From contig CAZCGU010000007.1 of NCBI GenBank assembly GCA_964498525.1, positions 47,405 to 111,404 of the forward strand: 64,000 bases of DNA, read 5' to 3'. The position numbers and the translations under genes were made by a program. Shown here piece after piece: positions 17,519 to 27,923 of the stretch. This DNA comes from an uncultured Pelotomaculum sp. (GTDB taxonomy: Bacteria > Bacillota > Desulfotomaculia > Desulfotomaculales > Pelotomaculaceae). Every line of letters starts with the position of its first letter. Within the stretch, counting starts at the first letter, position 1. Under the pieces are notes generated by a model. That model did not search any database. It was not told the DNA's origin and saw only the letters and a program-made list of their open reading frames with translations.

Positions 17519-20500
17519 ATGAAAGGGGCTGACATTTTGATAGAAGCGATTCCGTGTAATATCCTGCAAGTGATTATTGGGGTTGACTGGGATAGGGTTA
17601 AGAGAGTACTGGATATTATCCCCGCCGGCATATCAGTAGCAACTGACGCTTCCTGTAAAGAGATTATCCATAACGCGGCAGCTGCGGAGTTTATGAGAAT
17701 TAAGCCCTGGGAAAACTTTGTATATAAATCTGACCAAAGTCAACCGGTAAGGATGCTTAATAATAATAAGGAACTAACTCCGGCGGAGCTGCCGTTACAT
17801 AGGTCTGCCATAAAAGGTGTGGAAGTAAGGGGTTTTGAGGTAGAATTCATTTGGGACGACGGTGTTCGTAAAATTATGCTGATGAATTCCAGCCCAGTAG
17901 TTGATGAAAACGGTACCATTATAGGGGCTATTGGCAGCTTCAAGGACATCACCGGGCGCAAGCGGGCCGAGGAGGCGCTTCAGGTAAGCGAAAGGGAGTA
18001 CCACGCTCTTTTTAACTCCATTGACGAAGGGTTCTGCATCATCGAGGTCCTATTTGATGATAATGACCGCCCCCTTGACTGCCGCTTTCTTGAGGTTAAC
18101 CAGGCCTTCAAGCGGCAAACGGGACTTGTGGATGCACTGGGCCGTCGTATGCGGGACATGGTCCCCGAACATGAGCAGCATTGGTTCGACATTTGTGGGC
18201 ATATCGCCCTCACCGGCGAGCCCGCCCGGTTTCAGAAGCCGGCAAAAGCGCTTGGCCGCTACTACGACGTATACGCTTTCCGTGTCGGGAAGCCCGGGCA
18301 GCGGCAAGTGGCCATTCTTTTCAACGACATTAACGCACGCAAGCAGGCCGAGGAGGCGTTGCGGGAAAGTGAGGAGCGCTTCCGCGCCCTGGTGGATGCC
18401 AGCTCGGACGTGGTGTACCGCATGAGCCCGGACTGGGGTGAAATGTACTACCTGCAAGGCCGGGATTTGATCCCCGGTACTTGCACCCCGAACCACACCT
18501 GGCTTGACAAGTACATCTGCTCCGATGATCAACCCCGTGTGCTCGCGGCGATCGGAGAGGCCATCCGGGCCAGGAGGGTCCTTGAGCTGGAACACCGGGT
18601 CCTGCGTGTGAACGGTACACCGGGTTGGGCATTTTCCCGTGCCTTCCCGATTCTGGATGCGAACGGCGAGATAACTGAATGGTTCGGAACGGCCAAGGAC
18701 ATCACCAAACGCAAGCAGGCCAAGGAGGCCCTGCGGGAAAGCGAGGAGCGGCATTCATTCCTGCTGAAGCTGGGCGACGCGCTGCGTCCGCTCACCGACG
18801 CAAAGGCGATCCAGGGCGCCGCCACCAGCCTGCTGACGGAACATTTACGAGCAGCGCAGGCCGGCTATAGCGGATACACTGCGGACGCCATTGTGGTTCA
18901 TAGCGAGACGCTAAACGACACCGGGCAGCCTCCGAATGCGGCCGGCACATATAAAATAAGCCACTTTCCGGCATCGGTTGCCTTGCTGCGCACAGGCAAA
19001 GACCTGGTGGTGACGGATGTACTCTCTTTTCCCGCTTTTTCCGAAGAGGAGCGCGCGCATTTAGCGGCGCTCAATGTCAGGGCCGTCATTGCAGTGCCCC
19101 TCGTGAAAGAAGGCAGACTCATCGCCGCGCTCAACGTCAGGCAGGCAACCCCGCGCCGGTGGACAACGGCGGAAGCAGAGCTGGTGCGCGAGGTCGCCGA
19201 TCGTACCTGGGCAGAGGTACAGCGGGCCCAAGCCGAGGCGGAGCTGAGAAGAACGCTGGATCATTTAGAAGAAAAAGTGGCAGAAAGGACCAGGGAGCTA
19301 ACCCGGGGGCGGCAACGGCTGTTGGATGTGCTGGAGACGCTGCCTATCCACATATTTCTTTTAAACTCCGGTCACAAGGTCCTTTTTGCTAACCGGGCTG
19401 CCCGCAAGATGTTTGGAGAGCCTGACGGCCGCTGTTGTTACGACTATTTTCATGGAGGCCACAAGCCCTGCGGGTACTGTCAGTCATACCGTCCCCTTGA
19501 AACCGGCGAACCCCATAATTGGGAGGCAAAAACATATGGGGGCCGTATTCTAGACGTTTACGATTTACCGTTTACCGATACAGACGGGTCACATTTAATT
19601 CTAAAGATGTCTATTGATATTACAGAACGTAAAAACGCGGCCAGGGCCCTGCGCCAGTCCGAGGAGCGTTTTGCCAGAATATTTTACCACAGCCCTGTCC
19701 TGCTGGCCATAATACGCATGAGGGATAACGTATTTATCGATGTCAATCAAAAATTTATCGATACTATGGAATACTCCAGGGAAGAGGTTTTGGGTAAAAC
19801 ACCGGTAAATTTAAATATTTGGGCTGGGGATAACTACCAAATTGAATTCTTCTTAAGTGAATTACAAGAAAAAGGGGTAGTTACTAATTTTGAATACAGG
19901 CTTAAGACCAAATCCGGAAAAATAATCGCCGTATTAGTATCCACCGTAAAGATGGACTTGAACGGTGAAGCATGCCGGATATCATTAATGAAAGATATCA
20001 CCAATGAAAAGAAGCTGGAAGCAGAGATAACCCGCCTGGACCGCTTAAATTTGGTGGGCGAAATGGCCGCCGGGATCGGGCACGAGGTGAGGAACCCCAT
20101 GACCACAGTAAGAGGATTTCTGCAGCTTCTGGGGGGGAAGGAGAGGTACGCCCAGGACAGGGTATACTTTAACCTCATGGTGGAAGAGTTGGACAGGGCC
20201 AACTCCATCATTTCCGAGTACCTGTCTCTGGCTAAAAACAAGGCCGTAAATTTAGAGATAAAGGATCTGAATAAAATCCTCAGATCCTTATTGCCGCTGA
20301 TGCAGGCGGATGGTTTGGTGACGGATAATTACATTGTTCTGAAAACCAAAAAGGTCCCCGGCTTAATGCTGGACGAGAAGGAAATACGCCAACTGATTTT
20401 AAACCTGGTACGCAACGGTTTGCAGGCTATGGAACCGGGCAAAACGCTGACTATAAATACATTCCAGGAAGGAGACAACGTAGTGCTGGCGGTAAAGGAC

Positions 20501-20710
20501 CAGGGTATGGGCATCCCTTACGACATAATCGACAGAATCGGCAACCCGTTCTTTACCACCAAGGACAACGGCACCGGCCTGGGTCTGGCTGTTTGCTTCA
20601 GTATCGCGGCCAGGCACAAGGCGATAATTGATTTTGAGACGGGGGAACAGGGCACCACCTTCTTTGTCAGATTTAAAAAAATGGCGCCGACCGGTGACCG
20701 AAAGGAATAA
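17519..20710 (+). CDS. multi-PAS/PAC + GAF sensor histidine kinase (sporulation-kinase-like HisKA)
   Basis: Repeated PAC-linker signature (K/R)DIT.RK.AEEALRESEERF occurs three times. GAF-like middle. H-box GHEVRNPMTTVRGFLQLL, N-box LNLVRNGLQAM, G-boxes DQGMGIP and GTGLGLAV. Confidence 0.85.
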   Translation: MKGADILIEAIPCNILQVIIGVDWDRVKRVLDIIPAGISVATDASCKEIIHNAAAAEFMRIKPWENFVYKSDQSQPVRMLNNNKELTPAELPLHRSAIKGVEVRGFEVEFIWDDGVRKIMLMNSSPVVDENGTIIGAIGSFKDITGRKRAEEALQVSEREYHALFNSIDEGFCIIEVLFDDNDRPLDCRFLEVNQAFKRQTGLVDALGRRMRDMVPEHEQHWFDICGHIALTGEPARFQKPAKALGRYYDVYAFRVGKPGQRQVAILFNDINARKQAEEALRESEERFRALVDASSDVVYRMSPDWGEMYYLQGRDLIPGTCTPNHTWLDKYICSDDQPRVLAAIGEAIRARRVLELEHRVLRVNGTPGWAFSRAFPILDANGEITEWFGTAKDITKRKQAKEALRESEERHSFLLKLGDALRPLTDAKAIQGAATSLLTEHLRAAQAGYSGYTADAIVVHSETLNDTGQPPNAAGTYKISHFPASVALLRTGKDLVVTDVLSFPAFSEEERAHLAALNVRAVIAVPLVKEGRLIAALNVRQATPRRWTTAEAELVREVADRTWAEVQRAQAEAELRRTLDHLEEKVAERTRELTRGRQRLLDVLETLPIHIFLLNSGHKVLFANRAARKMFGEPDGRCCYDYFHGGHKPCGYCQSYRPLETGEPHNWEAKTYGGRILDVYDLPFTDTDGSHLILKMSIDITERKNAARALRQSEERFARIFYHSPVLLAIIRMRDNVFIDVNQKFIDTMEYSREEVLGKTPVNLNIWAGDNYQIEFFLSELQEKGVVTNFEYRLKTKSGKIIAVLVSTVKMDLNGEACRISLMKDITNEKKLEAEITRLDRLNLVGEMAAGIGHEVRNPMTTVRGFLQLLGGKERYAQDRVYFNLMVEELDRANSIISEYLSLAKNKAVNLEIKDLNKILRSLLPLMQADGLVTDNYIVLKTKKVPGLMLDEKEIRQLILNLVRNGLQAMEPGKTLTINTFQEGDNVVLAVKDQGMGIPYDIIDRIGNPFFTTKDNGTGLGLAVCFSIAARHKAIIDFETGEQGTTFFVRFKKMAPTGDRKE

Positions 20711-20798
20711 AACCCCCGGGCTTTTACCTGAAGATGGGGGGATTTCAGGTAAAGAGAAGTACCCCGTGAAAGCATTTACCAGAATACACTAACGGTTA

Positions 20799-20862
20799 TA
20801 AATCAAAACGCATTTCCTGCTACCATAAATAGAAATAGCTGATAGAGTTTACCGCAAATAGA
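20799..20862 (+). repeat. left copy of a 64-bp imperfect direct repeat bracketing the defence operon
   Basis: TAAATCAAAACGCATTTCCTGCTACCATAAATAGAAATAGCTGATAGAGTTTACCGCAAATAGA aligns without gaps to 30729-30792. Identity is roughly 85% by eye. Confidence 0.8.
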
Positions 20863-21356
20863 ATCATATCTGGTGATAATCGTTTCAAGATCATGTCATT
20901 ATAGCACCGGCTCCGGTGGATATAGCTGGCACAGAAAATCCTCCCGGTAACAGGCCTGAAAATAAAACTTTTTTACGCAATTTATTGAAATATTTGATAA
21001 TATGAGAATAACAACAGAAGGAGGCTGAAATATTTTTTCAACGCCTTAAAATTCAAATGTCATATCATACCTGCTATTATGATAAATAAAGGATCAATAA
21101 ATAGTACCCATGGATTAAATTAAAAGTTTGCCAGCCCTGATGGACGTACCGCCAACGACCTGCTTTACAGGAGACCCCGCCTTGCGTAAGTAATATAGAA
21201 GCGGTTAGACGCACTTACGATGCAGGCTGACTTATTATAATGATCGTAACGGTTAACCAATATCAACAATTAAAGTTGGGGGGATAAGTTATACAGACGA
21301 TATTTGACCTTTGCAAGCCGAGGGAGAGCGTTTTTGCCGACACCACGAGAGATGAT

Positions 21357-24300
21357 GTGCTGAACCTGAGCGACTTGGTTGAAAAAAGGATAGACGCTGA
21401 CAAATTCTTCAGCGAGAATTTCAAGACCAAAGGCATGGACATCCTTTTTGATACAACCTTTAAACGGTTTCAGGGCAAATCCGATACCGGTGTGATCAAG
21501 CTGACCCAGGCTATGGGCGGCGGTAAAACCCATAATATGCTGGCCCTGGCTTTACTTGCTGAAAATAAAGGCTGGCGCAGAAAAATAATCGGCAGGGAAT
21601 ACGATGATATCGGCGACATCAAAGTTGTGGCCTTCTCCGGGCGTGAAAGCGACGCCCCTTTTGGCATTTGGGGCAGCATTGCCGAACAGCTTGGCAAAAA
21701 GGAAATGTTTGCCGAGCTGTACTCCCCTTTGCGGGCGCCCGGTGAGAGCGCCTGGATCAGGCTGTTGCAGGGTGAAAATATCCTGATCCTGTTTGACGAA
21801 CTGCCCCCCTATTTGGAGAATGCCAGGTCGATCACAGTCGGCAACTCCGATTTGTGCAAGGTAACCGTTACCGCCCTGGCTAACCTCTTTGCCGCGCTGG
21901 GCAAACAGCAGCTGGCCAATGTTTGCCTGGTTTTTTCCGACCTCAAGGCAACTTATGAATCCGGCAGTGAGCTGTTGCAATTCAGTTTCAAGGAATTGGA
22001 AAGTGAGGCCAACCGTTCCGCGATAAACATTGAACCGGTGGCGCTGAACTCGGACGAAATATACGATATCCTGAAAAAAAGGCTTTTTGAAGAATTTGCG
22101 AAAAGCAACTCCACCGCGGTAAACAATATCGCTATAGAGTATAAGAACGCTTTGACCCGTGCTAATAAGATGGGACTGACCAATCAAGCGGCTGATAAAT
22201 TGTTCCTGGGCATCCGGGACTCCTATCCCTTCCACCCTTCCATCAAAGAGCTGTACGCCCGGTTTAAAGAAAACACCAATTTCCAGCAAACCCGCGGCCT
22301 GATCAAGCTGATGCGCCAGATCGTTCGCCAGTTTTATGAAAGCGGCAAGGCCCAGAGGAAGCATCTCATTAACGTTTTTGACATTGATTTAAATGACAGG
22401 AACATGCTGAGCTACATCAAGCAGATTAAGCCTTCTCTGGAAGCCGCCATCAGCCATGATATCGCCGCGTCAGGCAAGTCAGTGGCAGAGGCGATTGACG
22501 ATCAGGAAGGTGACTCCTACCCTTACGCCCAGGACGTCTGCAAGCTGCTGCTCATGTCATCCCTGTGCGATACCGCGCATGGTTTGCAGGGCCTGACCGA
22601 CTCGGAGGCAATGGGGTTCCTGTGTGATCCCAATATTGAGCTAAACAACTACAAAAAGGCGTTTGAAGAAATAAAAACCCAGAGTTGGTATCTGAAAATG
22701 GACAACCGGGGGCGCTACTATTTCCAAAACACCAAGAACATGGTGGCTGAAATGAATACCCTGGTTGATTCCTACAGCAACGAGAACGCCAAAAAAGAGC
22801 TGAAAAAGTTCCTCGATGAAAACTTTAAGCCGGTGATGAAAAAGTGCTACGAGCTTTTATATGTACTGCCGGCTATCGATGAAATCCAGCTGGATATGAA
22901 CAAGATTGCCCTGGTTATTTTCGAACCTTACCCCGGGGCTAAACTGCACCCGGACCTGCAAGCCTTTTATCACAATGCGCCCTACAAAAACAGGGTGATG
23001 TTCCTGTCCGGGCAGCGCAGCCTGATGGAAAAGCTCTATCAAAACAGCAAGCGCCTGACGGCTATCCGCCAGATCATTGCCAACATGAAGGCGGAGCACG
23101 TGCCGGCAACAGACCAGCAGTACAAAGAAGCCGAGAACCAGCAGGACAAGGCTGCCCAGGCCCTGCTGCAAACTATCCGCGAAGCCTTTGTCACTCTCTA
23201 CTTTCCCACCAAAGCGGGTATTATCTCCGAGGACTTTAAGCTGGAGTTTAAGGAAAATTCCTTTAAAGGCGAAGACCAGATCATCAAAGCTTTAGCCGAA
23301 GCGGAGAAATTCCAGGACTACCAGGCCAATGACGCCTTTATGGAAATCATGCGCAATAAATGCGAGCAGCGTCTTTTTACGCAAAAGGAGATGACCTGGA
23401 ACCAGATCAAGGAGCGGGCGGCAACCGAAACCATCTGGCAGTGGTACCACCCCAGTCAGTTTGAAGATCTGCGCCAGGATTGCCTCAAAAAAGACAAGTG
23501 GCGGGAGGTTGGCGGCTATATCGAAAAAGGCCCCTTTGCCAAAGATCCTACTTCCGTAGTCGTCGAGCAGATCAGCTATAATGAACAGACTGGCGAGTTC
23601 ACCTTGAAAGTGCGCGGGGTACATGGCGACCGCATCTATTATGACATCGGCGCAGAACCTACCACTGCTTCGGCAGAGGTGACCCAAACGCCGTTTATCA
23701 CCAAAGAACCACTGATCAGTTTTATCTGCGTGGATTCCAATACAAGCGCCCCGCACCCGACTGGCAGCGTCAAAGAGTTTATGTGCCAGGCGCCATTGCG
23801 CTACGAGCAGCGCCAGAGCGTGCAGGGCAGCATAATGGAGCTGAAAGCCCACGAGGATTTTGAAATTCGTTATACCACCGACGGCAGCAACCCCAAGGAA
23901 AGCGGCGGCGTCTATACCGGCGAGATTGTGCTGCCGTCTTCATGTAGATACGTAAGGACTGCTATGCTATATAAAGGAAAGGTTGTAGAAGAAAAAGACA
24001 TTGCCATTGACGAAAAACCAAAACCCGGGAAGTTCAAAATTGAAGACAGCAAGCCTCTCCAGTACACGCTGCGCAACCAAAAAAAGTGCGGTGATACAGA
24101 GGCTACCTACTCCGAGCTGGAAAAACTGAAGAAGCTTAACGGGGCCTTTATTCGTCACTTCACGGTGATTATCTCCGAAAAAGACTACCCGGACAACTAT
24201 ATGGAGCTTTCTACCGCCAGCGTGCCCTATGACGCCGATAATCTGCAGGCTACCGTTGATCTGATCCGGGAGTCTGCTTTTGCCGGCAAGGATGTGGTGG

Positions 24301-24416
24301 TGGAGTTTGACTATAAGACATTGCTATTCACCTCCGGCGCCCAGTTTAAGGACTGGATCGAAATAAACAAGTATGACATCATGGAAATACAGAAAAGAGG
24401 ATCGATTAAGCAATGA
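21357..24416 (+). CDS. DUF499-type P-loop ATPase (defence-associated)
   Basis: 1019 aa. Walker A QAMGGGKTHNM, Walker B ILILFDELPPY. The N-terminal pattern FF.ENF.T.GM...F.RF.GKSD.GV..LTQAMGGGKTH is as I recall for DUF499. The reading frame is open back to 21288 with conserved-looking residues, so the true start is probably upstream of the GTG at 21357. Confidence 0.7.
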   Translation: MLNLSDLVEKRIDADKFFSENFKTKGMDILFDTTFKRFQGKSDTGVIKLTQAMGGGKTHNMLALALLAENKGWRRKIIGREYDDIGDIKVVAFSGRESDAPFGIWGSIAEQLGKKEMFAELYSPLRAPGESAWIRLLQGENILILFDELPPYLENARSITVGNSDLCKVTVTALANLFAALGKQQLANVCLVFSDLKATYESGSELLQFSFKELESEANRSAINIEPVALNSDEIYDILKKRLFEEFAKSNSTAVNNIAIEYKNALTRANKMGLTNQAADKLFLGIRDSYPFHPSIKELYARFKENTNFQQTRGLIKLMRQIVRQFYESGKAQRKHLINVFDIDLNDRNMLSYIKQIKPSLEAAISHDIAASGKSVAEAIDDQEGDSYPYAQDVCKLLLMSSLCDTAHGLQGLTDSEAMGFLCDPNIELNNYKKAFEEIKTQSWYLKMDNRGRYYFQNTKNMVAEMNTLVDSYSNENAKKELKKFLDENFKPVMKKCYELLYVLPAIDEIQLDMNKIALVIFEPYPGAKLHPDLQAFYHNAPYKNRVMFLSGQRSLMEKLYQNSKRLTAIRQIIANMKAEHVPATDQQYKEAENQQDKAAQALLQTIREAFVTLYFPTKAGIISEDFKLEFKENSFKGEDQIIKALAEAEKFQDYQANDAFMEIMRNKCEQRLFTQKEMTWNQIKERAATETIWQWYHPSQFEDLRQDCLKKDKWREVGGYIEKGPFAKDPTSVVVEQISYNEQTGEFTLKVRGVHGDRIYYDIGAEPTTASAEVTQTPFITKEPLISFICVDSNTSAPHPTGSVKEFMCQAPLRYEQRQSVQGSIMELKAHEDFEIRYTTDGSNPKESGGVYTGEIVLPSSCRYVRTAMLYKGKVVEEKDIAIDEKPKPGKFKIEDSKPLQYTLRNQKKCGDTEATYSELEKLKKLNGAFIRHFTVIISEKDYPDNYMELSTASVPYDADNLQATVDLIRESAFAGKDVVVEFDYKTLLFTSGAQFKDWIEINKYDIMEIQKRGSIKQ

Positions 24417-24958
24417 GCGCGAAACACAAGACCTATGGATTTGGCGTGGAGCCTGCTCTGAGTACCAACCATTTTTATGTGCTGGCGCCGTCTGCGGGAA
24501 ATGAGCCGGTGCAGGTTTACGAGCGCTACGGTTGGACGGACGGGGAGGAACAAGTTCTGGAGCGATCGGATATTTTGCGGCTGGAGATATCAAAACACAA
24601 ATGGAACCTGGTCAGCGCTGATCTGACATCAGAATTTAATAGCAGGCTGAAAAAAGAAAAACGGAAAACAGGCAGGTTTGTCAAAGGCGGCACACCGGTG
24701 GAAAAACTGTTCGGCAAAGAAATGATGGTCCTTTTGTGGGCTATCGAAGATTGTGACCCGTCTGTTATTCCCACGGCCATCCGCAACTGGAAAGGCCTGA
24801 TGCCCGAAGAACGCTGGTGGCTTTACACCATGACCAATGCCTCCACCGGCCACATGAAGGACAAAAAAGGCTGGCGCGTGGCCCTGCGTTATGCCCTGTG
24901 CGAAAACCCGATCGAAGAGAAACCACAGCTGTCCTTCCTGGATATTATGGACGAATGA
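24413..24958 (+). CDS. small DUF3780-like protein, translationally coupled to the ATPase
   Basis: 181 aa. Its ATG overlaps the upstream stop (ATGA). The assignment rests on its position between DUF499 and DUF1156 genes. The sequence itself has no catalytic motif I can name. Confidence 0.5.
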   Translation: MSAKHKTYGFGVEPALSTNHFYVLAPSAGNEPVQVYERYGWTDGEEQVLERSDILRLEISKHKWNLVSADLTSEFNSRLKKEKRKTGRFVKGGTPVEKLFGKEMMVLLWAIEDCDPSVIPTAIRNWKGLMPEERWWLYTMTNASTGHMKDKKGWRVALRYALCENPIEEKPQLSFLDIMDE

Positions 24959-25015
24959 CTAAAAGAGTACTTTGATCTGCTTGATGAAAATATAAACCGG
25001 CGGTGAAACAAGAAG

Positions 25016-27886
25016 ATGCAGTCGTTTATTGAAAAACAGTTTCCTGTTTCCAAGTTGAGCAAGGAAAGCTATAAAGAGCGTAAATCATCCCAGGGGCAGA
25101 CTATCACCGGTTTGGGTAAATGGTGGGGGCGTAAGCCGCTGGTTTTGGCGCGGGCGGCTATTTTGGGCTGCCTGATGCCGGCCAGCGACAACCCCAGGAA
25201 AGATATGGAGATTTTCCTGAAAATTATGAGTATGGATAATAACGGCCTGCTGCTCCGCAAGAAAAAATCTTTTACTCCACAGGAGCTGTATGACATTGCT
25301 GCAAACAATAGAAAACTTTCTCCTTATATAGCGCAGTGGTTTGATCTTGCTGGCAGCAAAACCAAACTGAAACCGGATATAGATAAAAAAGAGGTAGAGC
25401 GGCGGGTTTTCAATACCCTGGGGTATGACCAGAAACTGACCAAATGTATCCGACCCGAGCAACTGGAAAACCTTGACCCGCAGACCTGGAAGGAAATCAA
25501 TTATCATTTGGGAACAAACGCCGGCGGCCTGCAAGAGCTTACCCAGCAGCTTTCGCTGAAAAGGTTTAGCCATAATGTCCGGGTGGGCGACTGCTTTTGC
25601 GGCGGGGGATCTATACCTTTTGAAGCGGCGCGCATGGGCTGTGATACCTATGCCTCTGACTTGAATCCCATCGCCGGACTGCTGACCTGGGCGAGCATTA
25701 ATATCTGCGGCGCCAGCGCTGAAGAACTGGAAGAAATCAAGAATTTTCAGCAGGAAGTGTTTGATCAGATCGATAAAGAAATTACGGCATTGGGTATTGA
25801 ACATAATGAGCGGGGCGATCGTGCCTTAACCTACCTTTACTGTGTTGAGGCAGTTTGCCCGGAATGCGGGATGAAAACTCCCTTGATCCCATCTTTGGTT
25901 GTGGGAATAAGAGCAGGTAAGGTTGTGGCCAAACTTCATTCAAATGGTCAGGGTTATGATATTGAGATCAAAATGAATGCCACCACTGCTGAAATGAAGG
26001 AAGCGGGGAAAAGTGGTACGGTGACAACAAGGGGTATGGTTTGCCCTAATTGTGGAAAAACCACGCCAATTACCGCGCTTAGAAAAGACCGCCGGGATGA
26101 AAACGGCAATACGGTGTATGGTCTGCGCCAATGGGATAAAACCGACTTCGATTTCAGAGAAGACGATATATATAACGAACGGCTTTATGCCATTCGCTAC
26201 CAGCGTCCCGACGGCAGTCGTTATTATCGCGCGCCAAATGAACGAGACATGCAGAATGAAGCAAAGGTAAAGAAGATTGTAGCGGACAACATTGTTAGCT
26301 GGCAGGAGCAGGGCCTGGTGCCGTCTATGGAAATTGAAAGCGGCTATAATACTGACCAAGTTATAAGAGAACGCGGCTGGATGCATTGGAACCATTTGTT
26401 TAGTGCAAGAGGCTTATATAATCTAAGCCGTATTGTAAAACATGTCATTGACGCTCCGACCCACTTACTAAAAGTTGTCGGTATTCTGGGAATAAATAAA
26501 TGTGCGGATTTTGGATCTAAACTGTGCAGATGGGATCCAAGTCGTGATATTAGTGCCCAAACATATTACAATCAGGCGCTTAACACCTTAATGAATTGGG
26601 GTGAAAAAAGCCTTAAAATGCTTAGTTCCCTGTGGCTATGGGACATAAATTCTTACCCGACCTTTAAGTCCTCTGTAGTATCACTTCTGGACGCCCGCGA
26701 TGTTTCAACGGAATGTCATCTTTGGATAACCGATCCGCCTTACGCTGATGCGGTTAACTACCATGAGCTTTCTGAATTCTTCCTTGCCTGGGACAAGCGG
26801 TTGCTTCATGACGCTTTCCCCAAATGGTATACCGATAGTAAACGCATTCTCGCTGTAAAGGGCGACGAGCGTTTTTCCCAAAACATGATCGAAATATATT
26901 CTAACCTGACCAGACATATGGACGATAACGGCTTGCAGGTGGTCATGTTCACCCACTCTGATTCATCGGTATGGGCGCAGCTTGCTTTGATTATGTGGAA
27001 ATCGGGTCTAAAGGTAAGTGCGGCGTGGAATATCGCCACGGAGACGGACGCTTCCGGCTTAAAGGACGGCAACTATGTCAAAGGCACAGTCTTGCTGGTT
27101 CTACGCAAGCAGACCGGCAACGACACCGCCTACCTGGATGAAATCAACGTGGACATCAAAAACGAAGTTAAAACCCAGATTGAATCCATGCAGGCTTTAG
27201 ACGACAAAGAGGAACCTAATTTCTCCGACCCCGACTATGTGCTGGCGGCCTACGCCGCTTCGTTAAAGGTCTTGACTTCCTACAAAAACATCGGCGAGCT
27301 GGATCTTGATTACGAACTGAACCTGTCCATCAACGACCCGGCAAATTCCAAAGTGGTCAGCCTGATTGAACGCGCCAAAAAGATCGCCTTCGATTTTATC
27401 ATACCGGCCGACTTTGAAAGCTACCTCTGGAAGGATCTGAATAGCGCGGAGCGCTTTTATATTAAAGGTCTGGAGAGTGAAAAACGCGGCAACTATCAGG
27501 TTTCCACCTATCAGGAGTTTGCCCGGGGTTTTGCCATCGGTTCCTACAGCCAGCTCATGGCCAGTGAAAGGGCAAATACAGCGCGGCTGAAAACACCGTT
27601 GGAGCTGGCTATGCGTACCCTGAACGAGGCGCCGGACTTCGAGCGTTCCACTCTGCGCTTGATTTTAGCAGCGATTTACATTTCAATCAAAGAGGACGGA
27701 AAGCCGGAAAAAGGGTTGTTTCACATTAAAAACAATTTGCCTGATTACTGGGGTTCCCGGGATATGCTCAAGCAACTGCTGGCATTTTTAAAAGATACCA
27801 GGGACATCGGCAATATGCCCCACTGGGCGGAATCCGCTGAAGTGGCGGAGCACCTGTATGTATTGGTGGATAACGACCACGTCTAA
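25016..27886 (+). CDS. DUF1156-type DNA methyltransferase (DPPY, N6-A or N4-C class)
   Basis: 956 aa. N-terminus FIEKQFPVSKLSKESYKERKSSQGQTITGLGKWWGRKPLVL is characteristic of DUF1156. SAM motif I DCFCGGGSIPFEA, motif IV ITDPPYADAVNY, and an inserted zinc ribbon CPECG...CPNCG. Confidence 0.8.
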   Translation: MQSFIEKQFPVSKLSKESYKERKSSQGQTITGLGKWWGRKPLVLARAAILGCLMPASDNPRKDMEIFLKIMSMDNNGLLLRKKKSFTPQELYDIAANNRKLSPYIAQWFDLAGSKTKLKPDIDKKEVERRVFNTLGYDQKLTKCIRPEQLENLDPQTWKEINYHLGTNAGGLQELTQQLSLKRFSHNVRVGDCFCGGGSIPFEAARMGCDTYASDLNPIAGLLTWASINICGASAEELEEIKNFQQEVFDQIDKEITALGIEHNERGDRALTYLYCVEAVCPECGMKTPLIPSLVVGIRAGKVVAKLHSNGQGYDIEIKMNATTAEMKEAGKSGTVTTRGMVCPNCGKTTPITALRKDRRDENGNTVYGLRQWDKTDFDFREDDIYNERLYAIRYQRPDGSRYYRAPNERDMQNEAKVKKIVADNIVSWQEQGLVPSMEIESGYNTDQVIRERGWMHWNHLFSARGLYNLSRIVKHVIDAPTHLLKVVGILGINKCADFGSKLCRWDPSRDISAQTYYNQALNTLMNWGEKSLKMLSSLWLWDINSYPTFKSSVVSLLDARDVSTECHLWITDPPYADAVNYHELSEFFLAWDKRLLHDAFPKWYTDSKRILAVKGDERFSQNMIEIYSNLTRHMDDNGLQVVMFTHSDSSVWAQLALIMWKSGLKVSAAWNIATETDASGLKDGNYVKGTVLLVLRKQTGNDTAYLDEINVDIKNEVKTQIESMQALDDKEEPNFSDPDYVLAAYAASLKVLTSYKNIGELDLDYELNLSINDPANSKVVSLIERAKKIAFDFIIPADFESYLWKDLNSAERFYIKGLESEKRGNYQVSTYQEFARGFAIGSYSQLMASERANTARLKTPLELAMRTLNEAPDFERSTLRLILAAIYISIKEDGKPEKGLFHIKNNLPDYWGSRDMLKQLLAFLKDTRDIGNMPHWAESAEVAEHLYVLVDNDHV

Positions 27887-27923
27887 AATAACGATTAAGA
27901 AAACGTTGAAATGAGGTGAGCGG

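Noticed and set aside
17740-20775. Many antisense or alternative-frame ORFs (up to 234 aa) within the histidine kinase gene
   Set aside because: They occur in the GC-rich PAS/GAF part of a well-supported 1063-aa CDS. Their translations are Arg/Pro/Gly/Ala-rich shadow sequences.
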